A DNA stretch of 64,000 bases from Bdellovibrionales bacterium (GTDB lineage: Bacteria; Bdellovibrionota; Bdellovibrionia; Bdellovibrionales; UBA1609). This document shows positions 1 through 10,220 of this stretch, in pieces. The stretch is taken from NCBI GenBank assembly GCA_965219095.1, contig CBDCMT010000001.1:1600001-1664000 (forward strand), read 5' to 3'. The stretch's first letter is position 1. The number at the start of each line of letters is the position of its first letter. The translations under genes and the position numbers were made by a program. The notes beneath the pieces were generated by a model. It did no database searches. It saw nothing but the letters and a program-made list of their open reading frames with translations, and was not told the origin of the DNA.

Positions 1-659
1 TAAAAGACAGCATCTGAACTATAATGAAATTGATGATGGAAGCTCTAATGCCTATACCATACTGAAGAGGACCACTCATACCTTTAGGGAATTGACCTTT
101 ATTTCTAGCTCCACATGAGGGACAATTCTTAACTTCAGAAGTTACAGTATGGGTCTGAATTTCATAAAAAATATCAATCTTTTTACGCTTCTCAAGGCTT
201 TTTACCTCTGCTGTCTTTAAACACATCCCACACTGAGAACACTCTGAGGGAGAGACAGTCTCCTCACTGTTTTGTATCTTTACTGTTATCAAGTCTAGAG
301 CCCTTTTTCTGACTCCCACTAGCTTTCTTATTACGATTCCCTTGACGACTAAAATCTTGCGAAGGAGGAAGACCGCTGTTGCTGGAATTTTTTCGAACCT
401 GTTTTTCTAAAAACACAACAATCAGAATGTTCACAACCTTAAAGAGAGATTCAACAATCACAGAAATCTCAGTAGGCACAGAACCTTTCTTTGCAAGCTT
501 ATCAAAGTCACTTCTTATATTTTTAATCTCATTTCTGATGGAGGTCTTATTTATTGTCATTTGAAAAAAGTATTTAAAAGAAAATCTGTAAGAGCAAGAC
601 TTTTATCTTAAAACAGGTCTAAAGTTAGGGATAACTGAACAATGTAGGTGAGCAGTTAC
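1..659 (-). mobile_element. IS66-family element, 5' part (continues off the window edge); transposase frameshifted near 270
   Basis: Near-identical to 9336-9993. Terminal GTAACTGCTCAC ends at 659. ORF 264-560 is the N-terminus (NSSNSGLPPSQD motif) and an extra T breaks the frame relative to the 9259-9894 copy. Confidence 0.9.
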
Positions 660-1009
660 AGAACTTAAACATAAGGAAAATCCCTTCTGAAAAAAGCTTC
701 AGAGGGGGCTAGAATGTTTCTACAGTCTCTAAGCTCTTAAAAAATGAAAAAAAATATGGATGACAAGCCTTTTTGAAAAACTTTTTTATCAATGACTTAC
801 TTTCTTGCTTGACTGACTGGTCATCCATATGAGCAAATTGAAGTGTTTTTTAGCAATTAGATTAATGAGCAGGACAATAAATATTTCAGTTATGTTTGAT
901 ATTTCATCCCTTTTTTCTTACTTCTAAAAATAACGAACTGGGGGGTGAGAGTCAATTGATTTAATATGCTAAACCTTAGCTCAAGAAAGGAAGTGAAGGA
1001 TAGCTAAGA

Positions 1010-1420
1010 AGATATGAATTAACAACTAAAACATGGAAGAAGATAGAGTTTTTACTTAGCGATCGGAAAAAGACAGTAGGAGTTAGAAGCAAAAAACAAC
1101 TGACAATTTGTTAGCTTAAGTCCTATGGATCTTGAGGACTGGGACCTCGGAGGTCTCTTCCGGAACGTTATGGACACTCAAAGAACACGTTTGCTTTCAT
1201 TTCACTCGTTGGGAGAAATCTGGAATTTCTAAAGAAGATTTTTTCTCATCTTATAAAAGATTCTAAAAATAAATATCTTTCTATTGATAACACTATAGTA
1301 CGATCTCATCAGCATTCTTCTGGTGCAAAAAAGAAGCAAAAAAAGAAGAAGATTGAAGAAGACTTTGGCTTTGGGGTACTTCAGAGGAGGTTTAAGTGCA
1401 AAAATTCATCTTACTAAGTG
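1010..1420 (+). pseudogene. Degenerate IS5-family (IS427 group) transposase remnant
   Basis: Broken frames encode LRTG..R.LPERYG, SIDNTIVRSHQHSSGAKK and LGYFRGGLSAKIHL, homologous to the IS5 at 49016-49886. Boundaries approximate. Confidence 0.7.
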
Positions 1421-1764
1421 TCTAGCAAAAAGAAAACATGGATGATTTTAGGATGTCCGGCAAGGCTATCTGATTGATATAAATATACTTTATATAATAC
1501 TGAAGATTCTTTGAATTCAAATTAAGGAATAATTTTTCCAAAAAGTCTTAAAATGATACAGTTTAAGAGGGTTAGAATCTTCTTAGTTTTTGGCTTTTTC
1601 TTTACAATTGATTGGGAAATTTTTGTTACTAAAAATAAATCATAAAAATTTTAGTAAAAAAGGCTAGTTTTGTTTCAAAAAAAAACAATTGCTTAATAAA
1701 AAGTTAATATTCATGTTCAAAAAAGTTTTTACAGAGTATAATTAAGGCTGGAGGCTTTTGATTT

Positions 1765-4700
1765 ATGTTCTTAAAGCAAAGAGGAGTTTTCTTAATAGAA
1801 GCACTTGTGGCTATTTTAATTTTGGCATTTGTAGCTTTAGGTTCTGTTGCTATTATTCTTTACGAAGAGGGAAATACAGCGAAAATAAAAAATCAAATTT
1901 CTGCACAAAATTATGGCTTGGTTGCTATGTCTCATCTTGTGTATGAGGATATCTGCACTCAAACTTTGACTGGTAAGGATTACCCTCTTGATGGTTTAAA
2001 AGTTGATGTTCCCGAACTTTTATCTTTCGATCTTGATCCTTCAGACTCAGTCTTACCTCGTACCATTTTAAAAAGTGGCGAGAAATACGGACATGGTTCT
2101 TCTGAAATCAAGGTGGAAGAAATGTTTATAAAAAATATTTCTGGAGATCTGGATGGAAGTCAAAACACCATTTGTGAATCTTTACCTTTGAATGTTCAGG
2201 AAAAAAGAACAGCTGAAAAGATCGTACATCCTCTGAAATTAAAAAAAGAACAAATCGTAGTACTTAAAGTCAGCACAAAAATGAAGTCCCTTTCTTTGGG
2301 TACTAACCATACGTGTGCGGTTTTAGGAGATGGGGGCTTGTGGTGCTGGGGGGAAGGAAGTGAGGGTCGTTTGGGAAATGGAGACACCTCGGAACAAGTT
2401 TATCCTGTATCTGTGAAAAAAGAAGATGATAATGATTTAAAAAATGTTACTGAAGTTTCTGCAGGCGATAGCCATACATGTGCGGCTTTAGGAAATGGAG
2501 AGGCTCGGTGCTGGGGGGACGGAGCTCAAGGTCTTTTAGGGGATGGAAACATTGGTTTCGATAAATCTCATCCTGTGGCTGTTAAATCTGTAGATGGTTC
2601 TGGATATCTGAAAGATGTGGTCTCTATTTCTGCAGGCCGTTATCATACTTGTGTGATTTTAGGAGATGGAGAGGCTCGGTGTTGGGGTAATGGAAGTGAT
2701 GGCCGTTTAGGAAATGGAGGCTCTCTCCTTCAAAGTCGTCCTGTGCGTGTGGAAGAAAGCCCTGGAGTGCCTTTAAAAAATGTTGTTTCTATTTCTGCAG
2801 GAGGTAAACATACTTGTGCGATTTTATTAGGTGGAGAGGCTATGTGTTGGGGAGATGGATTTTATGATCAGTTAGGGGATGGAGGTAATTCCGACCAAAC
2901 CCTTCCTGTGCGTGTGGAAGAAAGCCCTGGAGTGCCTTTAGAAAATGTTGTTTTTATTTCTTCAGGTGAGAACCATACTTGTGCGATTTTAGTAGGTGGA
3001 GAGGCTATGTGTTGGGGACTTGGATCGAGTGGTCAGTTAGGAAATGAAAGTTTTAACAATGAAAAACATCCTGTAGCTGTTAGATCTGAATATGGTCCTG
3101 GAAATTTAAAAAATGTGACCTCTATTTCTGCAGGCTATGAACACACTTGTGCGGTTTTAAGAAATGGACAGGCTCGGTGTTGGGGAAAAGGCCATAAGGG
3201 TCAATTAGGAAATAATACGTACGGCGATGAGCTTCGTCCTGAACCTGTGAAAAATAAATTGGGTACAGACAATTTACAAAATGTCATTTCCATTGTTGCA
3301 GGTGAGTATCATACGTGTGCAATTTTAGTGAGTGGACAGGCAGTTTGTTGGGGAGAGGGAGACAAAGGTCGTTTGGGAAATGGAGATACCTCTCCAAAAA
3401 ATCTTCCCGTAGTTGTTAGAGAAAAAGGAGGAGCTGAGCCAGGACTTAATTTAACAGAAAATGTGCGTGATATTTCTATAGGTGATTTTCATACTTGTGC
3501 AGTTTTAGTAAATGGTCAAGTACGGTGTTGGGGACAGGGAGCTAATGGTCAGTTAGGAAATGGAAGTACCTCTATCATAAACAGTCTTCCTGTGGCTGTA
3601 AGAGATGAAATGGGTAGAGGAAACTTAAAAAATGTACTTAAAATTTTTTCAGGCCATTATCATACCTGTGCAATTTTAGTAAATAGAAAGGCTATGTGTT
3701 GGGGATTGGGAACGAATGGTCAATTAGGAAATGCAGATAACTCCGATCAAACCTATCCTGTATTTGTTAGATCTGAAAGTGGTCCTGGAAAGTTAAACAA
3801 TGTTATTTCTATTTCTGCAAGCCGTTCCTATACCTGTGCGGTTTTAGGAAATGGAGAAGCTCGGTGTTGGGGTAATGGAAGCAATGGTCGTTTAGGAAGA
3901 GGCACTTCCAGCAAAAACCGTCCTGTGGCTGTTAAGGCTGAAAGTGGTTCTGGAAATTTACAAAACGTGGCCTCTATTTTTGCAGGCCATCATCATACCT
4001 GTGCAGTTTTAGTCAATGGAGAGGCTCGATGCTGGGGACTGGGAAGGAATAGTCAGTTAGGAAATGGAGCTAAACCTAACATACAAATTCGTCCCGTAAT
4101 AGTAAAGAAGAATGCTTCTGATCATTTGAAAAATGTGGCCTCTATTTCTGCAGGACAGAATAATACCTGTGCAATTTTAAGAAATGGAGAGGCTATGTGT
4201 TGGGGACTTGGAGGGTGGGGTCAGTTAGGAAATGGAGACACCTTGGAACAAGAATATCCTGTATCTGTTAAATCTTTAGATGGTTCTGATAATTTAAAGA
4301 ATATTGTCTCTCTTGCTCAAGGTTGGTTCCATACCTGTGCAGTTTTAGTCAATGGAGAGGCTCGATGTTGGGGGAGAAGAAATCAAGGTCAATTAGGAGA
4401 TGGTATTATTTCTAACGAGTCATCTTTGCTACCTGTAGTTGTAAAAAAAGATGGTAATCCTTTACAAAATGTGGTCTCTCTTTTTGCAGGCCATTATCAT
4501 ACTTGTGCGGTTGTGAGAGATGCGGATGCGTATTGTTGGGGTAATGGAACTCGGGGCCAGTTAGGGAATGGAGATACTTCTACGGAAAAATCTCTTGTGG
4601 AAGTAAATTTAAGTGAAGAAATTATCAATTTAAAATTTTCAACAAATAGTTTTGGAGTAGGAGCTTCACATGCTTGTATGATCCTCAACAATGATCAAGT

Positions 4701-7311
4701 GAGTTGTTGGGGACAGGGAGCTAGTGGTCAGTTAGGAGATGGAGGAAGTGGTGCAAATTATCAAAAACTTCGTCCTGTGATTGTGGAAGTAAGTCTTGGA
4801 GTAGCTTTGGAAAATGTCGTCTCTCTTGCTGTAGGCGATCATCATACCTGTGCAGTATTAGAAAATAAAGAGGCATGGTGTTGGGGACAGGGAGCTAGTG
4901 GTCAGTTAGGAGATGGAGGAAGTGGTGCAAATTATCAAAAACTTCGTCCTGTGGCTGTTAAGGCTGAAAGTGGCTTAGGACACTTAACAAATATTACTTC
5001 CATTTCTGCAGGCTATGCTCATACTTGTGTAGCTTTAGAAAATGGAGAAGTAAGGTGTTGGGGGGATGGAAGTAGTGGTCAGTTAGGAAATGGAACCCCT
5101 TCCAACCAAAACCGTCCTGTAGCTGTTAGATCTGAAAGTGGTTCTGGAAATTTAGAAAATGTGGTCTCTCTTTCCGCAGGCTATAGTCATACTTGTGCTC
5201 GTTTAGGAAGTGGGGAGATACGATGTTGGGGGAGTGGAAGTAGTGGTCAATTAGGAAATGGGAGTAGTACTGACCAATCTCGTCCTGTGGCTGTTAAGGC
5301 TGAAAGCGGTCCTGCAAATTTACAAAACGTGTTTTTTATTTCTGCAGGAAAAGAACATACCTGTGCAGTATTAGAAAATAAAGAGGCTCGATGTTGGGGA
5401 AAAGGTGATAAAGGTCAATTGGGAGATGCAGGTGTTTTAACTCAAACTCGTCCCGTGGCTGTGCAAGAATACGAAAATTCTATAGGTTCTGATCTAGAAA
5501 ACTTGAAAAAAGTTATTGGCATTTCTGCAGACCGTAGTCATCATACATGTGTTCGTTTAGAGATAAATGGTGGTAAAGAAGAGATAAAATGTTGGGGAGA
5601 GAACAATGTTTTTCAGTTAGGAAAAAGAAATGTTAATTCCCTAAACATTCCTTTTGATTCTGTCGTAGGGGAAGATGAAAGTCCCTTTAAGAATCGTAAG
5701 GATGGCAATGGAAAACTTTATTTAGGAGAAGGTTTGTCCTGTGTTTCTTATGATCCTGATCCTCAACTTGATCCTGATCCTCCTGATTCTCGCCCTAACA
5801 ACTTATACTGTTGGGGAAAAGTTAAAGATGACAGCTATAATGATAACATTCCGTATGTTCGTAAATTAGACATAGATCATCAATATCATACTGCCACATT
5901 AGTAAGTACTATTAATATTACACCACAGTATATAAGGCCTCAGATTTCTATAGGTGAAAAGCATACTTGTGCTCTTTTAGATCACAAACCTTGGTGTTGG
6001 GGAAAGGATGATGAAGTTCTCTTAGGAAGATCATCTTCTGGAGATGGAAACAAACCTCAGTCTGCGGATGAAGTGGATACTTTAGATAACTTTTTTGAGA
6101 TTGTTTCAGGAAGTGAACATACTTGTACTCTTTTCAAAGAAGGTAGTGATCATGGTGGTAAAGTGAAATGTTGGGGAAAAGGAAGTAGTGGTCGTTTAGG
6201 GAATAATGCTTCATCTGACAGTTCTGAGCCTCAGTTTGTGGTAGCTACAGGAGGATCAGGGGAACTTACAGATGTAGTTTCTATTGTGGCAGGTGAGAAT
6301 CATACCTGTGGTCTTCTTGATACAGGAGAGATGGTTTGTTGGGGGAAAAATAACGATGGCCAATTAGGAGATGGAACAAATGTTGATAAAATGAGCCCTG
6401 CTTATGTAAAGGTGAGTGATTCTGAAAATTTAGAAAATATCATTCAAATAGCAGCAGGACATAACCGTACTTGTGTTGTTTTAAATGACTTAACAGCTAA
6501 GTGCTGGGGATTAGGTTTGACTGCATTGTTTGCTGACAACACCTCTATGATTAAAGGTGCTAACTCTAGGACCTTAAGTTCTGTTTTAGATGTATTTCCT
6601 TCTTCTGATCATACATGCACCCGTATCTTGCATGTTTCAAGTGATAACAGGGAAAGAAAAAAAGTCTTGTGCTGGGGAAGCTCTGTTCCAGGAGTGAACT
6701 CTAGTTTTGTAGCAGATAATCCTCAATTCACTCAAGTTTCGGATCCTGATGAAGAGATCGATCAAATCTTTTTAGGCACCTCTCATATATGTGCCCTAAA
6801 ACAAAAGGAAGTAAGTTGCTGGGGAAGAAATAATCATTATCAAGCAGGCGAAATAAGTGATCTTTCATCTCCTAAAGTGGTTTCAGAGCTTTCTTCGGGA
6901 GTTCATCAAATCGCTTCTGGATTTAATCACAATTGTGCAATCAAGGGAGAGAAGATCTTATGTTGGGGTAAAAACAGTGACGGCCAGTTGGGAGATTTAA
7001 GCACGGATAACAATCACATTCCTGTAACTGCTTTTTTTACCTGTTCTTTCAGAGGAATCTTATTTACAATAATTATGAAAAAAAAGGAAAGTATATTTTC
7101 TTTAGGACAAACCTCTGAGGTGGAGTTTTCACGCCCTCTTAATATAGCTATAAGAATTAATCCCGATGGTAAAGAGGTCATTGACAAGTGTATAGGGTTT
7201 AGAGATAAGCATGTTATGGGCAAGGAATGCACAGGATCAAATTCATTTGCCATGGGTTTTGATGAGTTAGGGCAACCTATTTGTAAAAAAATATGGAGTA
7301 ATGGACCTTAA
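1765..7311 (+). CDS. Giant prepilin-type N-terminal protein with 28 RCC1-like repeats (putative minor pilin/adhesin)
   Basis: N-terminus KQRG|VFLIEALVAILIL (Gly -1, Glu +5, hydrophobic helix). 28 HTC(A)..CWG..GQLG repeats counted. Cys-containing C-terminal region. Confidence 0.85.
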   Translation: MFLKQRGVFLIEALVAILILAFVALGSVAIILYEEGNTAKIKNQISAQNYGLVAMSHLVYEDICTQTLTGKDYPLDGLKVDVPELLSFDLDPSDSVLPRTILKSGEKYGHGSSEIKVEEMFIKNISGDLDGSQNTICESLPLNVQEKRTAEKIVHPLKLKKEQIVVLKVSTKMKSLSLGTNHTCAVLGDGGLWCWGEGSEGRLGNGDTSEQVYPVSVKKEDDNDLKNVTEVSAGDSHTCAALGNGEARCWGDGAQGLLGDGNIGFDKSHPVAVKSVDGSGYLKDVVSISAGRYHTCVILGDGEARCWGNGSDGRLGNGGSLLQSRPVRVEESPGVPLKNVVSISAGGKHTCAILLGGEAMCWGDGFYDQLGDGGNSDQTLPVRVEESPGVPLENVVFISSGENHTCAILVGGEAMCWGLGSSGQLGNESFNNEKHPVAVRSEYGPGNLKNVTSISAGYEHTCAVLRNGQARCWGKGHKGQLGNNTYGDELRPEPVKNKLGTDNLQNVISIVAGEYHTCAILVSGQAVCWGEGDKGRLGNGDTSPKNLPVVVREKGGAEPGLNLTENVRDISIGDFHTCAVLVNGQVRCWGQGANGQLGNGSTSIINSLPVAVRDEMGRGNLKNVLKIFSGHYHTCAILVNRKAMCWGLGTNGQLGNADNSDQTYPVFVRSESGPGKLNNVISISASRSYTCAVLGNGEARCWGNGSNGRLGRGTSSKNRPVAVKAESGSGNLQNVASIFAGHHHTCAVLVNGEARCWGLGRNSQLGNGAKPNIQIRPVIVKKNASDHLKNVASISAGQNNTCAILRNGEAMCWGLGGWGQLGNGDTLEQEYPVSVKSLDGSDNLKNIVSLAQGWFHTCAVLVNGEARCWGRRNQGQLGDGIISNESSLLPVVVKKDGNPLQNVVSLFAGHYHTCAVVRDADAYCWGNGTRGQLGNGDTSTEKSLVEVNLSEEIINLKFSTNSFGVGASHACMILNNDQVSCWGQGASGQLGDGGSGANYQKLRPVIVEVSLGVALENVVSLAVGDHHTCAVLENKEAWCWGQGASGQLGDGGSGANYQKLRPVAVKAESGLGHLTNITSISAGYAHTCVALENGEVRCWGDGSSGQLGNGTPSNQNRPVAVRSESGSGNLENVVSLSAGYSHTCARLGSGEIRCWGSGSSGQLGNGSSTDQSRPVAVKAESGPANLQNVFFISAGKEHTCAVLENKEARCWGKGDKGQLGDAGVLTQTRPVAVQEYENSIGSDLENLKKVIGISADRSHHTCVRLEINGGKEEIKCWGENNVFQLGKRNVNSLNIPFDSVVGEDESPFKNRKDGNGKLYLGEGLSCVSYDPDPQLDPDPPDSRPNNLYCWGKVKDDSYNDNIPYVRKLDIDHQYHTATLVSTINITPQYIRPQISIGEKHTCALLDHKPWCWGKDDEVLLGRSSSGDGNKPQSADEVDTLDNFFEIVSGSEHTCTLFKEGSDHGGKVKCWGKGSSGRLGNNASSDSSEPQFVVATGGSGELTDVVSIVAGENHTCGLLDTGEMVCWGKNNDGQLGDGTNVDKMSPAYVKVSDSENLENIIQIAAGHNRTCVVLNDLTAKCWGLGLTALFADNTSMIKGANSRTLSSVLDVFPSSDHTCTRILHVSSDNRERKKVLCWGSSVPGVNSSFVADNPQFTQVSDPDEEIDQIFLGTSHICALKQKEVSCWGRNNHYQAGEISDLSSPKVVSELSSGVHQIASGFNHNCAIKGEKILCWGKNSDGQLGDLSTDNNHIPVTAFFTCSFRGILFTIIMKKKESIFSLGQTSEVEFSRPLNIAIRINPDGKEVIDKCIGFRDKHVMGKECTGSNSFAMGFDELGQPICKKIWSNGP

Positions 7312-7436
7312 AAATAGTGTTTTATTTCCTAAATTCGAGATAAATTTTACTCACTAGGATTTTCCATTCTAGGTCACCTCAAAAAAACTCCATTTCTATA
7401 GGGAAATACAGGAATTTTCAATCCAAAGAAAAATAA

Positions 7437-7470
7437 TACCAATTACAGAAATTAATTTCTGTAATTGGTA
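7437..7470. repeat. 34-bp perfect palindrome formed from two IS630 ends, flanked by TAA direct repeats
   Basis: taa-TACCAATTACAGAAATT|AATTTCTGTAATTGGTA-taa. The arm matches the IS630 end at 52904 and 28137. Confidence 0.9.
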
Positions 7471-7650
7471 TAACAAATGTGTTTTTCCACAGACCCTCCT
7501 TAAAAAAGTCTCATTGCGTTATGTAAATAAAGTACAAAAAGCCATGGAAATTTTATAAAACTTATAGATTCATTTGCTTTTTTGTTCTAATTGCCCTAAA
7601 ACCTTTTTGAGTTTAATTATATTTTTTTAAAAAGGTAAAGAAAGGAGTCT

Positions 7651-7884
7651 ATGTTAGTTCTTACAAGGAAAGTTGGCGAAACTTTGATCATTGATGATAA
7701 CATTAAGGTTACTGTTGTGGACATTAGAGGAAAGCAAGTACGTATTGGTATTGAAGCACCCTCTCATGTGTCTGTAAACAGAGAGGAAATATTCAAAGCT
7801 CTTCAAAAACAAAACAAAAAATCAGCACAAACTGATCACAAACTTCTTACTGAAATTACAAAAAAACTGGATGAAATATTTTGA
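7651..7884 (+). CDS. csrA: Carbon storage regulator CsrA
   Basis: [10 protein letters not shown]...[13 protein letters not shown] signature; AAAGGAG RBS. Confidence 0.97.
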   Translation: MLVLTRKVGETLIIDDNIKVTVVDIRGKQVRIGIEAPSHVSVNREEIFKALQKQNKKSAQTDHKLLTEITKKLDEIF

Positions 7885-7983
7885 ATCAAGCCCTTCACTT
7901 TAAGTATTATGGCCAGATAAAGTAAAGAGAAGATTTTTCAAATCAAAGCTGAGTTCTAAGTGATTGATGAAACCACTATTGAT

Positions 7984-8460
7984 GGCTCCTCCCGGGAATC
8001 TGTGGGTAAAAATCAGTTACACAATTTAATTTACAGACTCTCTGTTGTGGAGGTCAGTGATTGGAGTGTTAAAAGGAGAGTTTCATCTTGAGCATTCTCG
8101 CCATCGTAGCCCACAAAACTTTGTCACCAATCTTTTAGGTACTCTCATCTCTTACTTGCTTATACCATTTCCAAAAATTAATTCGACATTCTTTTAACGC
8201 ATAGCATCCTGGCTTTTTGATCAAACTCTGTTAAATTTTTAGAGTCATTTCGAAAAAAGATTTAGTTACACAGATTCAAGGGTATGATTTTCTGGCTACT
8301 TACAAAGTAGAAAGAAATTCCAATATCAAGATAAAACTCCAAGCTTTGCAGCATATGCAAGACGGAAAATCGATTCAAGAAACAGCAGGTTGAACTTCCC
8401 CTGTTTCTGCGGACAGTCAATTTTCTCTTAAAGTCTCCATAAAATGGAGGTAAAAGAAAG
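7984..8460. mobile_element. Mosaic of IS fragments: ISL3 end (7984-8007), IS982 3' piece (8041-8160), IS630 left end (8163-8390), IS3-like end (8391-8450)
   Basis: GGCTCCTCCCCGGGAATCTGTGGG matches 31832. 8041-8160 matches 19301-19421 (EHSRHRS). TACCATTTCCAAAAATTAATTCGACA is the IS630 end. TGAACTTCCCC..GGACA resembles an IS3 terminal repeat. Confidence 0.75.
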
Positions 8461-9993
8461 GTAACTGCTCACTCTCGTAAGTTTTTATTTAAAGCCATAG
8501 AGATGGCTTCTAAAGAAGAATACCCTCTATTTCTCATTGTTTTAACATAGCTGGTAATACGACAAAAATATTTCGCCATTTCTTCTGTTCTGAAACACCC
8601 TGACACTTTCTTTTTCACTTTAGTCATTCTTAGATCTCTTTCAGCTCTGTTATTAGTAGGATCTACGTTCTTTCTTTTAGCAAAGCACAGTATTTCTGCT
8701 TCATACTTTTTAAATCGCAGCCAAAGGTTTTGAGCTTGTGTATGCTTTATTCGTCCTTTCTTGCCATTTTTCTTAGGAAATTCTGGAAGCTCTTTTAAGC
8801 CTTTTGTAAGAATACTCCTATACCTTCTCTGAAGAGTTTCGTACTCTTTTTGAGTCAGAACTCTTGACTCTTTTTTATGAACTAACTCCACAGTCTCTTT
8901 AAGAAGTTTTTTGAGATTTGTAGCCCATTTGAATCCATTGCTTTCTTCTATAAATTTAAGCTCTCTCAAAAGGTGAGCCACACACAAAGCATGAGTTATC
9001 TTATCATAACAAAAGTAAGGACTCCAACAATCATGCACAAGCACTCCTGTATATCTATCCAAGAGACCAATATCTTTTATGGCTTCCCTTCCACCTGAAA
9101 GGTGTAGAAACTGCAAGACTAATTCTCCTGAACTATAAGTATGAATCCAGTAGTTTTTACCCTTAACCCTCATAGAGGTCTCATCAACATGAATGACCTC
9201 TGATTCAAGTATCTTTTCTTTCATCTGCTCTTCCCAACTTTTAAGAAACTCTCCTAATTCAGCAATGTATCTCAACATAACTGCAGGAGAAATCATTCGA
9301 CCTATAAGCCCCATGTAATGTTCCCCAACACGCTCTAAAAGACAGCATCTGAACTATAATGAAATTGATGATGGAAGCTCTAATGCCTATACCATACTGA
9401 AGAGGACCACTCATACCTTTAGGGAATTGACCTTTATTTCTAGCTCCACATGAGGGACAATCCTTAACCTCAGAAGTTACAGTATGGGTCTGAATTTCAT
9501 AAAAAATATCAATCTTTTTACGCTTCTCAAGGCTTTTTACCTCTGCTGTCTTTAAAAACATCCCACACTGAGAACACTCTGAGGGAGAGACAGTCTCCTC
9601 ACTGTTTGTATCTTTACTGTTATCAAGTCTAGAGCCCTTTTTCTGACTCCCACTAGCTTTCTTATTACGATTCCCTTGACGACTAAAATCTTGCGAAGGA
9701 GGAAGACCGCTGTTGCTGGAATTTTTTCGAACCTGTTTTTCTAAAAGCACAGCAATCAGAATGTTCACAACCTTAAAGAGAGATTCAAAAACCACAGAAA
9801 TCTCAGTAGGCACAGAACCTTTCTTTGCAAACTTATCAAAGTCACTTCTTATATTTTCAATCTCATTTCTGATGGAGGTCTTATTTATTGTCATTTGAAA
9901 AAAGTATTTAAAAGAAAATCTGTAAGAGCAAGACTTTTATCTTAAAACAGGTCTAAAGTTAAGGATAACTGAACAATGTAGGTGAGCAGTTAC
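8461..9993 (-). mobile_element. Complete-length IS66-family element (single-transposase type) with frameshifted transposase (ORFs 9259-9894 and 8469-9314)
   Basis: TIRs GTAACTGCTCAC at both ends. 8-bp TSD AAAGAAAG (8453-8460 / 9994-10001). Motifs HVDET, LVHD, HALCVAHLLREL, TNNRAERDLR, plus CxxC zinc ribbons. Confidence 0.95.
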
Positions 9994-10210
9994 AAAGAAA
10001 GAACGTAGATCCCACTAATAACAGAGCTGAAAGAGATCTAAGAATGACTAAGGTGAAAAAGAAAGTGTCAGGGTGTTTCAGAACAGAAGAAATGGCGAAA
10101 TATTTTTGTCGCATTACCAGCTATGTTAAAACAATGAGAAATAGAGGGTATTCTTCTTTAGAAGCGATCTCTATGGCTTTAAATAAAAACTTACGAGAGT
10201 GAGCAGTTAC
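9994..10210 (+). mobile_element. 3' end of another copy of the same IS66, into which 8461-9993 inserted
   Basis: Encodes NVDPTNNRAERDLRMTK.. on + and ends with GAGCAGTTAC at 10210. Confidence 0.9.
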
Positions 10211-10220
10211 GATAAAGATG

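Noticed and set aside
379..564. Antisense 61-aa ORFs in the IS66 copies (also 9713-9898 and 52358-52543)
   Set aside because: Shadow ORFs repeated only because the IS is repeated.
2280..7030. Regularly spaced repeats that could suggest a CRISPR array or a DGR template/variable pair
   Set aside because: The repeats are in-frame coding RCC1 units. There are no constant repeats with unique spacers, no cas or reverse transcriptase gene, and no adenine-specific mismatch pattern was noticed.
7329..7358. CTAAATTCGAGATAA.TTTTACTCA repeat, also at ~15702
   Set aside because: Probably the end of another IS, but no associated transposase is visible, so it was not called.
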